In this document: positions 48,740-58,088 of the stretch, piece after piece
Layout: each line of letters starts with the position of its first letter
How positions within the stretch are numbered: the stretch's first letter is position 1
NCBI GenBank assembly: GCA_964489065.1
Contig: CAZAXH010000001.1
Coordinates: 21,106 to 85,105, forward strand
Reading direction: 5' to 3'
DNA: 64,000 bases
Source: an uncultured Planctomycetales bacterium
GTDB lineage: Bacteria > Omnitrophota > Gorgyraeia > Zapsychrales > JANLHA01
The notes under the pieces: model-generated
What the model was told of the DNA's origin: nothing
Database searches by the model: none
The model's input: the letters and a program-made list of their open reading frames with translations, nothing else
Position numbers and translations under genes: made by a program

Positions 48740-50626
48740 TCACACCTCAACCAGATCTTTCTGCATCTCAAATTGCAGTTGATAAAGCTTCCGGTACAAG
48801 GGGCTGATCGCAAGCAACTCGGTATGCCGGCCCATAGCCTCGATCCGCCCTTTATTCAAAACCACAATCTTGTCAGCGTGCAGGATCGTGGAAAGCCGGT
48901 GGGCGATGACCACGGCGGTGGAACATTCCAGCACGCTGTCAATGGCTTTCTGCACCTGTTGTTCCGACTGCGTGTCCAGAGCGCTGGTCGCCTCATCGAA
49001 AATCAGGATGTCCGGCTTGGCCACAATCGCCCGGGCGATGGCGATTCGTTGCCGCTGTCCGCCGGAGAGACGCACCCCCCGGTCCCCGATAAACGTATGG
49101 TAACCATCGGGCAAATCACAAATAAATTCGTGGGCATTGGCGAGCTTGGCCGCGGCGATAACATCACTCTGGGAAACCCCCTCCCGGCCGAAGACAATGT
49201 TGTTCGCCACGGTGTCATTGAACAACAAACTTTCCTGGGGCACAACTCCAAAAATTTTCCGGTAAGGAGATATCTGGACATCTTTTAAATCAACCCCATC
49301 AATCGTGATCGTACCCTGCTGCGGGTCATAAAAACGCAGCAACAGATCTGTTAAAGTTGACTTACCCGCTCCGCTGGGGCCGACAAAAGCAATGACCTCC
49401 CCTTTCTTAAGCTCAAAATTGATCCGATCAAGGGAAAAGTCTTCGTTGGGCAAATAGCGGAACAGAACATCCCGTACCTGAATCCTGTCTTCAAAGTCTC
49501 TCTTCATAATGGTGCCATCGGGCACTTGGGAGCGTTCCTTGAACAATTCGTCCAGACGCTCATAAGAAGCTAAGAGCGCTTGAGTCCAAGTCAGGCACAC
49601 GGCAAATTTATTCACGGGTTCAATCAAAAGCCGGCCGACGTAAATATAGAGCAAAAACCCCTGCAGGGAGAGGCTCCCTTTCATAAGCTGAAAGGCGGCG
49701 ACCAGGAATATTCCCACAAACGCCGTGGCATCAAGAAACTCGCGGGCATAGGGCTCAACTTGACGGATAAGGCCTTCCCTAAAATCAGCCTTGCTCACTT
49801 CCGCCAGGTCATGGTCAAGCTGACGCAGTTCAAAGGACTCGACCCCGAAAGATTTTATCGCACGGATGTTCGTCATCATTTCCTGCAAAGTAGACGTAAA
49901 ATCCGCAATCCTGTCGAAGAAACACCGGGTCGTCCGGCGAATAGGTCGTTTGATGACTTCCGTCAGCCCGAACTGTAGCATGATCATCCCGAAAGCACAC
50001 AGCGTCATCCAGACACTTGTACTGATGAGATACATACTGTACATGGCAATCAAAATTCCATGATGGATATAGCCTCGCACAAGCGGGCCCAAGCCCTGAC
50101 CGGTGTTCTGGGCGTCCTGGACGACGCGGGAAATCAACTCCCCGGATTTCTGCCGGTTGTAAAACCCGATATTCAGGCTCAAAAGGTGCTGAAGGACGTC
50201 TTTTCGTAGTTTTTCCGTTGAGCGAACACGGATCCAGCGAGTCATCACCAACGCCAGATAATTGATAAGGGCCGACAAAAAAACGCTCACCAGAAAAAGC
50301 GACAGCATAAAAATCAGCATATTCCAGAAATCAGTCCCTTCAAAAGGCACGAACCGGGCCAACAACGCTTTAACCTTGGTGCCAATGTTATTCAGGTTGA
50401 AAACATTGGTCTGTGGCAATGCCTCCGCCGCTTCCATGGCCGCCCCGCCCTTATAGTCCGAGATAAGCTGCACGACCCCCGACACAATAACCGGCTGGAC
50501 CACCGTAAAAAAATTGCCCACAAGAGTAATTACGATCAGCGCGCAGATCTGTTTCCAGAGCGGACGGGCGTAGTCCTTCAACAATTTGGCAAAAGACACC
50601 TTCCGGATAAATTTTTTTTTCTTCAT
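48740..50626 (-). CDS. ABC transporter, fused permease/ATPase (type I exporter, MsbA-like)
   Basis: 628 aa. Six transmembrane helices with Walker A GPSGAGKST, signature LSGGQRQRIAIARAI and Walker B ILIFDEATSALD. Confidence 0.85.
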   Translation of the reverse strand: MKKKKFIRKVSFAKLLKDYARPLWKQICALIVITLVGNFFTVVQPVIVSGVVQLISDYKGGAAMEAAEALPQTNVFNLNNIGTKVKALLARFVPFEGTDFWNMLIFMLSLFLVSVFLSALINYLALVMTRWIRVRSTEKLRKDVLQHLLSLNIGFYNRQKSGELISRVVQDAQNTGQGLGPLVRGYIHHGILIAMYSMYLISTSVWMTLCAFGMIMLQFGLTEVIKRPIRRTTRCFFDRIADFTSTLQEMMTNIRAIKSFGVESFELRQLDHDLAEVSKADFREGLIRQVEPYAREFLDATAFVGIFLVAAFQLMKGSLSLQGFLLYIYVGRLLIEPVNKFAVCLTWTQALLASYERLDELFKERSQVPDGTIMKRDFEDRIQVRDVLFRYLPNEDFSLDRINFELKKGEVIAFVGPSGAGKSTLTDLLLRFYDPQQGTITIDGVDLKDVQISPYRKIFGVVPQESLLFNDTVANNIVFGREGVSQSDVIAAAKLANAHEFICDLPDGYHTFIGDRGVRLSGGQRQRIAIARAIVAKPDILIFDEATSALDTQSEQQVQKAIDSVLECSTAVVIAHRLSTILHADKIVVLNKGRIEAMGRHTELLAISPLYRKLYQLQFEMQKDLVEV

Positions 50627-50634
50627 CAGGGCCT

Positions 50635-51249
50635 CTATTTATGTTTATCTGTCACCGAATTCCCGTGCTTCACATAATTATACAGCGGCACAGGCAAATG
50701 ATATATTTTATCCTTATCAATCCGTTTGAAAAGGTCTGTATCTTCAAATATTTTCTTCTCTGAATTATAGGACCCAATAATCTCCAGATACGATGTGCGG
50801 AACATCAGCCCGCAGGCAATCCCGTTCTCCTGAAAGGATTCTTTGGATAAAATGCGTTCCTCATTGTCGGTGATAAAATAATCGCAGGATACCGCCACGT
50901 ATTTCGGGTTAAATTTCAGAAAATTATACAGCATATACAAAAACGGCGGCTGGACATAATCGTCCGAATCCACCCGGATGAAATATTTCCCCCGGGAATT
51001 GGCCACTCCGATCTGGGCACTGGCGCCGATTCCCAGGTTTTCTTCATTTTTAATAATCCGGATATCCCCCGCCTTAATGAATGTGTCCAGCGCCTTAATG
51101 GAGTCATCCGTGCTACAGTCATCCACCACCACGATCTCATAATGGGATCTATCCAGGTCCTGATTGAGAAGTGACCGGATACACCGGCGGATCAAAGTGC
51201 CGTAATTATGATTCACCACAATCACAGAGATATCAATAAGTCGCATCAT
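50635..51249 (-). CDS. Glycosyltransferase family 2
   Basis: ISVIVVNHNYGTLIRRCIRSLLNQ...EIVVVDDCSTD...VDSDD. 204 aa. Confidence 0.8.
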   Translation of the reverse strand: MMRLIDISVIVVNHNYGTLIRRCIRSLLNQDLDRSHYEIVVVDDCSTDDSIKALDTFIKAGDIRIIKNEENLGIGASAQIGVANSRGKYFIRVDSDDYVQPPFLYMLYNFLKFNPKYVAVSCDYFITDNEERILSKESFQENGIACGLMFRTSYLEIIGSYNSEKKIFEDTDLFKRIDKDKIYHLPVPLYNYVKHGNSVTDKHK

Positions 51250-51276
51250 AGCACTCCTTAAAAAGAATCGGCCGTG

Positions 51277-51999
51277 TCAATCCTCGGCCACATTAATAAA
51301 CTTTTCCATCTCCCGGGACTGCTGGCAGAGGGTGCGCAATTCTTCCGGCGTGGCGCTGCAGACGTGATCCGGCCCCACCAGCCCCTTATTAAGAGTAAAG
51401 TGCTTTTCGATAATCCTGGCACCCCGGGCCACGGCCACCAGAGCCGCCTCAATGCCGATCGTGTGATCGCTGAAGCCGTCGTAAGGAGTGGCTTTAAACG
51501 AAACCGGCAAATGAATATCCTTATACTCCGCGGGATATTTCGCCACGCAATAAAGGTATTTCGCTTTATCATAGGCGTAGGGGACATCATTATCCTCCCA
51601 GAAACCCAATGAAATAAAAACCTCTTTGCCGGTCGCGAATATTTTTTTACACAACTTTTTCTCCTGCACGGTGCGGCTCGCGATTTTATAACGTTTCACT
51701 TGCAGCCGCTCCATCCATTCAAAGCGATCTTCATCAAATACCGAAGCCATAAACTCGATGCCTTCTTCGTCACACCAGGTCTTAAGCCGCCGGGCGTCCT
51801 CAAACCCAAACTGCACGGTCAGGGCAAACCGGTAATTTTCCTCGTCCGGATAGCTCCCCTGCGGCCCGAAGATCTTCGCCGGGTCGTAAAACTGGAACTT
51901 GGCGACATCGGCCCCGCACTGTTTGGCCTGTTTGATCAACTCGTGGGCCAGATGAATACTGCCGTTATGGTTAATTCCAATTTCCGCGATGATAATCAT
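51277..51999 (-). CDS. NeuB-family (N-acetylneuraminate synthase-like) TIM-barrel protein lacking the C-terminal SAF domain
   Basis: MIIIAEIGINHNGSIHLAHELIKQAKQCGADVAKFQ is the NeuB/PseI N-terminal signature. At 240 aa it is ~100 aa shorter than full NeuB homologs. Confidence 0.7.
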   Translation of the reverse strand: MIIIAEIGINHNGSIHLAHELIKQAKQCGADVAKFQFYDPAKIFGPQGSYPDEENYRFALTVQFGFEDARRLKTWCDEEGIEFMASVFDEDRFEWMERLQVKRYKIASRTVQEKKLCKKIFATGKEVFISLGFWEDNDVPYAYDKAKYLYCVAKYPAEYKDIHLPVSFKATPYDGFSDHTIGIEAALVAVARGARIIEKHFTLNKGLVGPDHVCSATPEELRTLCQQSREMEKFINVAED

Positions 52000-52085
52000 A
52001 TTTGTTACCCCTTATTACAAAAATCACTAACCCCATTATTTATATAATTTACACTGAAAACCTTCTATTCCCATCATTTTCTTTT

Positions 52086-52784
52086 CTAAAGCACTTTTCT
52101 GTCGCCTGCCGGAGCATTAATCACATAAAGATAATAAAAAGGGCCTAAAGATGCGGCATGCAACCACAAGGGTTTCTTGGTCCAAGGAACATTCATTTTA
52201 TCGAGTATCTTATCGTAATTCCAAATATACGAGTGCCGGGCAAATTTCTTGTCCGGCCGCTCCAACCCTTTCTTAACCTCTTCCCTCGTTTTGCCAGAAA
52301 CATCACCGTGAATGCCTTCAATAAACGGTTCAAGCAATAATGTCATATTTGAAACACGTACAAGTTCCTGCATCGTCCATTCCACAACGCTTCCATCCGG
52401 GATATGATCCAGCACCGATAAAGTAAATGCCACATCAAAACTCTTCTCGCCAAACTGCCGCAGGCTTTGCTCATCCCCCACAATCCCGCGGAATGTCGGA
52501 TATTGTCCCGACAAGGTCAAAACACACTCATTGACTTCTATGCCAACAGTATGAACAGCCGGAAGTCTATCCATAAAATATTTCAAATTTCCACCGCTGG
52601 CACACCCGAGTTCCAAAATATTGGAAAGAGATTGGGGATCCCGGGACTGGATCACTTTTTCATATATAATATGGGCATTACGCGCTGGGATTGTTAAATT
52701 TTGCCAATAGGTTTTGGCATCTTTAACTTTCCTGTGCATATAGGCTTTTTTAAGCCCCTCGAAGACCTGCATGCCCGCCTCCAT
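52086..52784 (-). CDS. Class I SAM-dependent methyltransferase
   Basis: Motif I LELGCASGGNLKYF and post-II FDVAFTLSVLDHIPD. Confidence 0.75.
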   Translation of the reverse strand: MEAGMQVFEGLKKAYMHRKVKDAKTYWQNLTIPARNAHIIYEKVIQSRDPQSLSNILELGCASGGNLKYFMDRLPAVHTVGIEVNECVLTLSGQYPTFRGIVGDEQSLRQFGEKSFDVAFTLSVLDHIPDGSVVEWTMQELVRVSNMTLLLEPFIEGIHGDVSGKTREEVKKGLERPDKKFARHSYIWNYDKILDKMNVPWTKKPLWLHAASLGPFYYLYVINAPAGDRKVL

Positions 52785-52829
52785 TATAAAAGATATGAAT
52801 CTATAATAGCCCTAATATCCTGAATATTT

Positions 52830-54062
52830 TCACACGAGACGTTTATATTGGATTTCTTTCGCCTCAAAAAAATCCGTGGCTAACATATTCGTATTTAAAT
52901 CAATGTTCTTGCTGACCTTATGAATTTTAATATAATCCCCGGCTGACCGGACCTCAATGTGATTCCGAAAATATGCGTTCAGGTACCGGCACATCCCTGC
53001 CGGGTCATCTTCCCGTTTATAATTCACGAAATTTTTCCTGACACGATGCATGCCGTCAAAAAACCATTTATCAAAACCCAGCCAAGGGGGAAGAAACCCC
53101 CAAATCGGCTCTAGGGCTGTTCCGGAAAAAGGAATGTCCAGAACGTCATAAAGCTGGCGTGCTTCCAGTTTCGCCGAAAATTTTTCCAAAAACGTCCGGC
53201 TGACCAGATGCTGGCAGGAACAGCCGAACCACTCTAAATCATCATCTTCATGAAAAATAATTTTGTCTTTCTCTATAAATTCCGGGACGACTTTTTTCAA
53301 AGAACGCCGGTACGTGTTTTCATAAATGACCTTACCGGATATCGGGAACTCCCGCAAATGACGTAAAGAGCGCAGGCTCTGCCGCAGCCTTTTAAAAACC
53401 GGGTCAAAGACATCCGGGACATGATCCTGGGTGACAAAAGAACAATCCTGGCTCCAGGAAGAAAAAAGTCTTTTAAATTCCGGGTCCCGGCAGAAGACGT
53501 CGTAAACTTCCCTAATTCTCTCATTATGATAAAAATCCAGTTCGGTAGGGTCAGGGTCCCGTGTATTGTAGTTTAAGAAAAGCCCCCGGGAGATCCGCCG
53601 TTTTTCATGGCCGGACGACAGAAAATGGATCCCCTTCTCTTTTAAGAAAGCCAGCGCTGTAGATAAAACATTGGCGCGGGTTAAAAGGGTGCCTTCCTGG
53701 ATCATAAAAGTATAATCGTAGGCCCGCCATTTTCCCGTGCGGATGAATTTATACCACGCGCCGGAATCCAAGGCATGATCATTTTCAAAATGCATCTCCG
53801 TCACGGCTTTGCCTTTCACCTGCCGAAGAATATTTAAGACGCGATCATCCGCCGGGCTAAGCTGAACGTTAATGCCGTATTTTTCCGCCAGGCGGAAATA
53901 CGCCGCGTAAGATGTCTTCTTAAGACACTGGCCGTCCCCGTCTTGAAAAAGGGAAAAAATATCATAGTCCTGAAAATCCTGCAAAGCCAAAGTCAACAGC
54001 GTTGACATGATGAGCCAGGGTTTATGATGACAGCATAACGCTATGGCCACGCGTGCGCTCAT
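52830..54062 (-). CDS. Hypothetical protein (possible novel glycosyltransferase)
   Basis: I recognise no motifs. ATGA overlap with the upstream gene. The start is taken at MSARVAIAL. Confidence 0.4.
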   Translation of the reverse strand: MSARVAIALCCHHKPWLIMSTLLTLALQDFQDYDIFSLFQDGDGQCLKKTSYAAYFRLAEKYGINVQLSPADDRVLNILRQVKGKAVTEMHFENDHALDSGAWYKFIRTGKWRAYDYTFMIQEGTLLTRANVLSTALAFLKEKGIHFLSSGHEKRRISRGLFLNYNTRDPDPTELDFYHNERIREVYDVFCRDPEFKRLFSSWSQDCSFVTQDHVPDVFDPVFKRLRQSLRSLRHLREFPISGKVIYENTYRRSLKKVVPEFIEKDKIIFHEDDDLEWFGCSCQHLVSRTFLEKFSAKLEARQLYDVLDIPFSGTALEPIWGFLPPWLGFDKWFFDGMHRVRKNFVNYKREDDPAGMCRYLNAYFRNHIEVRSAGDYIKIHKVSKNIDLNTNMLATDFFEAKEIQYKRLV

Positions 54063-55417
54063 GCGGCCTGCCTCTCTTTCGATTTTTTCCGGACCGCGGT
54101 TTTCACCGCATCCCAGACGCGCCGGCTGCACAGGCCGTCGCCATACCCCATATAATTCCGGATAAATTCCTGATTCTTCTCTCGGTCCATCTCAAACCTC
54201 TTCAAATGCATTTGCGGAAGCCGCTCAATCACATCCTCAATCTCCCAGGTTTCGATCACCCCGGGATAATTAAACTGCGACCCTTCCTCGGCGGAAAACC
54301 AGAAACGATGCGCCTCGTTGATAAAAAATTCCTTAGGGACGTTAATATTCAGGCAATACACCCCCGCGTAAATAGCGGCCAAAGAGGCGAAACTGTAATA
54401 CATGACGCACATACGACTGACAGTCAGTAATTCTTTCAGCATGGGCGGATTCTGCCGTTTTTCATCATCCCAGACCACCAAATCGGCCTGTTCTTTGACA
54501 TAGTCCGCGACCGGGAATTTCATCCTCGGTTTCACCACAAGATACAGATTATTCCGGGAGCAAAACTGCCGGATCGATTCAAAAACTTTCGCTTCATTCA
54601 TGCCCCGCGCCAAAAACCGGCAGCTTAAGGGGTCCTGTATAATACGCAACAAATTCCAACTTTTTTGAACAAAATCTCTAATGATATAATTTTTTTTATC
54701 ATGCGCATACGAACCGTCCGCAGCCATCGCTGTATTTGCGTAAAGCCCGCAAAAGGCTCTCTCCCATGCGGAGGAACGGTTACGGTTGCAATACGGGAAC
54801 GGCAGATAAAGAAGGACACCTTTCCCTGATGGCAACCCGTATTTCACCCGCACGGCGTCCGGATCAATGGTTTTAAACGCGTCAAACTCCGCATTCCCGG
54901 AGACCAGAATACGGGTCTTATCCGGATAAAGATAGTCCGTATATTCCGGGTGAAAATTTTTCAGGAACGCCTCCCCTTTTTCCGCGTAACTCTCGCTGTG
55001 GACAAGAAAAAGTTCTTTATTCCGCCGTTTTTTCAAAAAACCCAATTTCGGTATATAAAAAAAGTTGTCCGGTCCCGTCATCAGCGTCACCCAGGTGAAA
55101 GGAAATTCATCTAAAGACGCATCCGGGAGAGAAAATTTAAAGGGACAAATAGAAACGACCACGTCAATATTTCTTCCCTCTCTTAGTTTCTTTTCCAAAT
55201 CCTCCGGCCCCTCGAAAACGATCCCCGGCGGCCGCCCCAATCCCGGGAATTCAGGGATATGCTCGGTATCCGGGAAAGAAAAACTTTTGCTCCCCAAACG
55301 GGGAACGCTGTAGTCGTGCCAGCATTCCACACCATAGCCCCGCCGCAACGCCTCCTGAATGACCGGCGTGTAATAACGGTAATAATTCGTCCTATAAACT
55401 AAAAATACGACCCGCAT
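54059..55417 (-). CDS. Hypothetical protein (GT-B-like / capsule-synthesis-like?)
   Basis: 452 aa, soluble. Weak resemblance to TagF/Capsule_synth-type two-domain transferases. No secure motif. Confidence 0.4.
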   Translation of the reverse strand: MRVVFLVYRTNYYRYYTPVIQEALRRGYGVECWHDYSVPRLGSKSFSFPDTEHIPEFPGLGRPPGIVFEGPEDLEKKLREGRNIDVVVSICPFKFSLPDASLDEFPFTWVTLMTGPDNFFYIPKLGFLKKRRNKELFLVHSESYAEKGEAFLKNFHPEYTDYLYPDKTRILVSGNAEFDAFKTIDPDAVRVKYGLPSGKGVLLYLPFPYCNRNRSSAWERAFCGLYANTAMAADGSYAHDKKNYIIRDFVQKSWNLLRIIQDPLSCRFLARGMNEAKVFESIRQFCSRNNLYLVVKPRMKFPVADYVKEQADLVVWDDEKRQNPPMLKELLTVSRMCVMYYSFASLAAIYAGVYCLNINVPKEFFINEAHRFWFSAEEGSQFNYPGVIETWEIEDVIERLPQMHLKRFEMDREKNQEFIRNYMGYGDGLCSRRVWDAVKTAVRKKSKERQAA

Positions 55418-56078
55418 GATCCCTCCACATGTTTTGTGCGATCAAAAAATCTTCTTCCGTATCAATATCAAACAACTCCAGTTTATCATTCAACTCCACC
55501 AGATGAACTTCCTGCCAGTCCCAGTAACGGCCGTGCTGAAAAAAATAGTCCTTGGGAAAAAAATACAAAGCGTGGGCGAACTCATAGACCGGCTCCACGG
55601 TCTTGGTATTGATCGTCTGAAGCGACAAAGAAAAATTCAAAGGGTTCCGCTTCATGTCGAAATAAAAATTATGGCGTTTCACGACGCCAAACGCCGATTC
55701 CCAATTATGGTCACAGCATTGTTCCAGGAAATCAGCAATGGTTTTGACTTTTAAGAAGGGCAAACACCCGTTGATAATCAAAAAATATTGATAAGGAAGC
55801 TCCTTTAAAAAAGACAAAATCTCCGTGATGGGGCCGTCGATCATCACCGACTCCCGGCTGCGCTGGACAAACGGCACGCCGTGCGCCCGGCATTTGTCCG
55901 CGAAATCCTGTTCGTACCCGGCGAAAAACGTGTTGTCCCCCAAGGCCCGCAGCTTTTTCAGCACGATATCGGTGAGGGTCGTGTCCCCGAACGGCCGGGT
56001 CATCTTTTGAGGACAGCGCTGGCTCTGTTTCCGGCCGAAGGAAAAGACCCCGATTGTTTGCCGCTCAACGCGCGCCAT
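55392..56078 (-). CDS. Cytidylyltransferase-family protein (acylneuraminate cytidylyltransferase-like)
   Basis: N-terminal IGVFSFGRKQSQRCPQKMTRPFGDTTL resembles the ArGGSKgipkKN.r.l.g.pL motif of CMP-sugar synthetases. 228 aa. Confidence 0.5.
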   Translation of the reverse strand: MARVERQTIGVFSFGRKQSQRCPQKMTRPFGDTTLTDIVLKKLRALGDNTFFAGYEQDFADKCRAHGVPFVQRSRESVMIDGPITEILSFLKELPYQYFLIINGCLPFLKVKTIADFLEQCCDHNWESAFGVVKRHNFYFDMKRNPLNFSLSLQTINTKTVEPVYEFAHALYFFPKDYFFQHGRYWDWQEVHLVELNDKLELFDIDTEEDFLIAQNMWRDHAGRIFSL

Positions 56079-57027
56079 TCAAAAACTCCTTGAAAGATAT
56101 GTTAGGAATTCCATCGACAGGCAAAGAATATTCAAACGGTTCATAAATATTGACAAAATTCATGCCCTGGTACTTCAGGACTTTTTCCAAAGCGGCAAAC
56201 TCATGCGGCGGCCTCATAAAAGGGCGCTTGTTTTCTTTAAAATTGCCGCTAAACGCCCGCCGCGCCTTTTTAAAAAATTTCCGGTAATGCGCCATGGATT
56301 TAAACGTATAACAGGCGGCATACTCCATACTGCCCAGCATGGACATGTCCATCCCGAGGAAAAACACGGTCCGGAACCCCAAAAAATTCAAAACCGGAAA
56401 AAGGGCGATCGCCGCGGAATTCAGGAAACTGTAGTCCTTGACCCGGGGGATATCCCCGCTCTCATCCAAAGTGAAGTAGTCCCCGAGATCGAACTCCGCG
56501 TCCGCAGGCCCGATCCCGCAGGTATAAACCGGATTGGCGCCGTGGAAGCTCTCCCGGTAAGCCAAAAAATTATCTCGAAAAGCCAAGCAGGCCGTTTCCG
56601 GGAACCGGGATAATAAGTCCAGCGGGGAATCACGCAAAAAGACTTCCGTCTTGTAACGAAACCGCTTGTGCACACCGCGTTCCGGCCGGAAATCCTCGAA
56701 GAACATCCGAAAATTCTCTTTCAGGAACTGGTACTCATCCTGGTATTCATCCCGTATGAGGCCGGTCAAATCAATATCCGCCAAAAACGACTGGAAGACC
56801 ACATGCTGAAACGCGTTGGATTTGCATTTTTCCAAATAAAACATAATATAAAAATCCGGCATTAAACCGGCCTTGATGAAATACGGCGTCAGGGCCTTGC
56901 TTTCCAAAAACACCGTATAACGCGCACGGTCCACCCGTTCCAAAGGCAGCTGGTTTTCAACGATCGAAGGCCCGCCGAAGAACATCAGCGCGTCGCGCCC
57001 CGCATAAGTATTTTTCAGCCGTTTCAT
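56065..57027 (-). CDS. DUF115 / MptE-like (Maf, motility-accessory-factor-type) putative nonulosonate transferase
   Basis: GRDALMFFGGPS, the GxGPS motif near the N-terminus that defines DUF115/6-hydroxymethylpterin-diphosphokinase MptE-like proteins. Confidence 0.55.
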   Translation of the reverse strand: MKRLKNTYAGRDALMFFGGPSIVENQLPLERVDRARYTVFLESKALTPYFIKAGLMPDFYIMFYLEKCKSNAFQHVVFQSFLADIDLTGLIRDEYQDEYQFLKENFRMFFEDFRPERGVHKRFRYKTEVFLRDSPLDLLSRFPETACLAFRDNFLAYRESFHGANPVYTCGIGPADAEFDLGDYFTLDESGDIPRVKDYSFLNSAAIALFPVLNFLGFRTVFFLGMDMSMLGSMEYAACYTFKSMAHYRKFFKKARRAFSGNFKENKRPFMRPPHEFAALEKVLKYQGMNFVNIYEPFEYSLPVDGIPNISFKEFLNGAR

Positions 57028-58076
57028 GACGCAGCAATCAACTCCTTTGCCAAAGGGGTGCCGCGGCGGATATCCTTCACGGCCCTGCGCCCCAAAATCT
57101 TGTCCAGGGCTTTCGGCGGCAGCCCATAGCCCGGGCGGATCGACCGGACATTATCCGGCGTTAAACGCTCCCCGCGTTTAATATCCTGAACGGCAAAAAG
57201 AGAGCGGCGGAACACCCGGCTCTTTTTTTCCCTGTTGGTTTTCATATACGTCGCTGTCCCCAGCGCCTGTTCCGTGATCCGGATATTCTCCACCAGCATT
57301 TTAAACTCCCCCGGCTCGGTGGAAAAAAAACTGTCCGGTGTTTTGTGTTTCCGGGTCAAAGTAAAATGTTTTTCGATCATAACCGCGCCCAGGCACACCG
57401 CGGCCACTGACGCGGCCAAAGTCAGCGTGTGGTCCGAGAGCCCCACCGGGACTTTAAACCGCCTGGCCATGTCCGGGAGGACCTTCAAATTCATCTCCTG
57501 CGGTTGCGCCGGATAATTGCTGACGCATTTAAGTAAAAGAAGATCGCGACTGCCTGCCCGGCGGGCGGCCGCGACCGCATCCTCAATCTCTTCTCTCTCC
57601 GCCATCCCCGTTGACAAGATAAGCGGTTTACCGGTCCGGGCGGCGTACGCGATCAAAGGGATATCCACCAGCTCAAAAGAAGCGATCTTGTGCACCGGGA
57701 CAGCGAGCGTTTCCAGAAAATCAACGGAGGAAGCGTCAAAAGCGGTGACAAAAAACCCGAGGCCGAGGTCATCCGCCACCGTTTTCAATCTTTTAAGCCA
57801 GGACCAGGGGGTATACGCTTTCTGATAAAGCTGATACAGGGTCTGTCCGCCCCATTCCGGATGATGCACGCGAAAATATTTATTACGGGCATCGAGCGTC
57901 ATAGTGTCGGGAGTGTACGCCTGAAACTTCACCGCGTCCGCCCCGCATTCTTTTGCCTTGCGGATCATGGCCGCCGCGCGGGTAAAACTCTGCCCGTGGT
58001 TCGCGGAAATCTCCGCTACGATATACACCGGACATTGGTCTCCCACCAGTCTGTTCCCAATCTTAAACGGTTTCAT
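57024..58076 (-). CDS. pseI: Pseudaminic acid synthase / N-acetylneuraminate synthase family (full length with SAF domain)
   Basis: KIGNRLVGDQCPVYIVAEISANHGQS, and C-terminal SAF/antifreeze-like region RRSLFAVQDIKRGERLTPDNVRSIRPGYGL. 350 aa. Confidence 0.8.
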   Translation of the reverse strand: MKPFKIGNRLVGDQCPVYIVAEISANHGQSFTRAAAMIRKAKECGADAVKFQAYTPDTMTLDARNKYFRVHHPEWGGQTLYQLYQKAYTPWSWLKRLKTVADDLGLGFFVTAFDASSVDFLETLAVPVHKIASFELVDIPLIAYAARTGKPLILSTGMAEREEIEDAVAAARRAGSRDLLLLKCVSNYPAQPQEMNLKVLPDMARRFKVPVGLSDHTLTLAASVAAVCLGAVMIEKHFTLTRKHKTPDSFFSTEPGEFKMLVENIRITEQALGTATYMKTNREKKSRVFRRSLFAVQDIKRGERLTPDNVRSIRPGYGLPPKALDKILGRRAVKDIRRGTPLAKELIAAS

Positions 58077-58088
58077 CTCATTTCCCTT

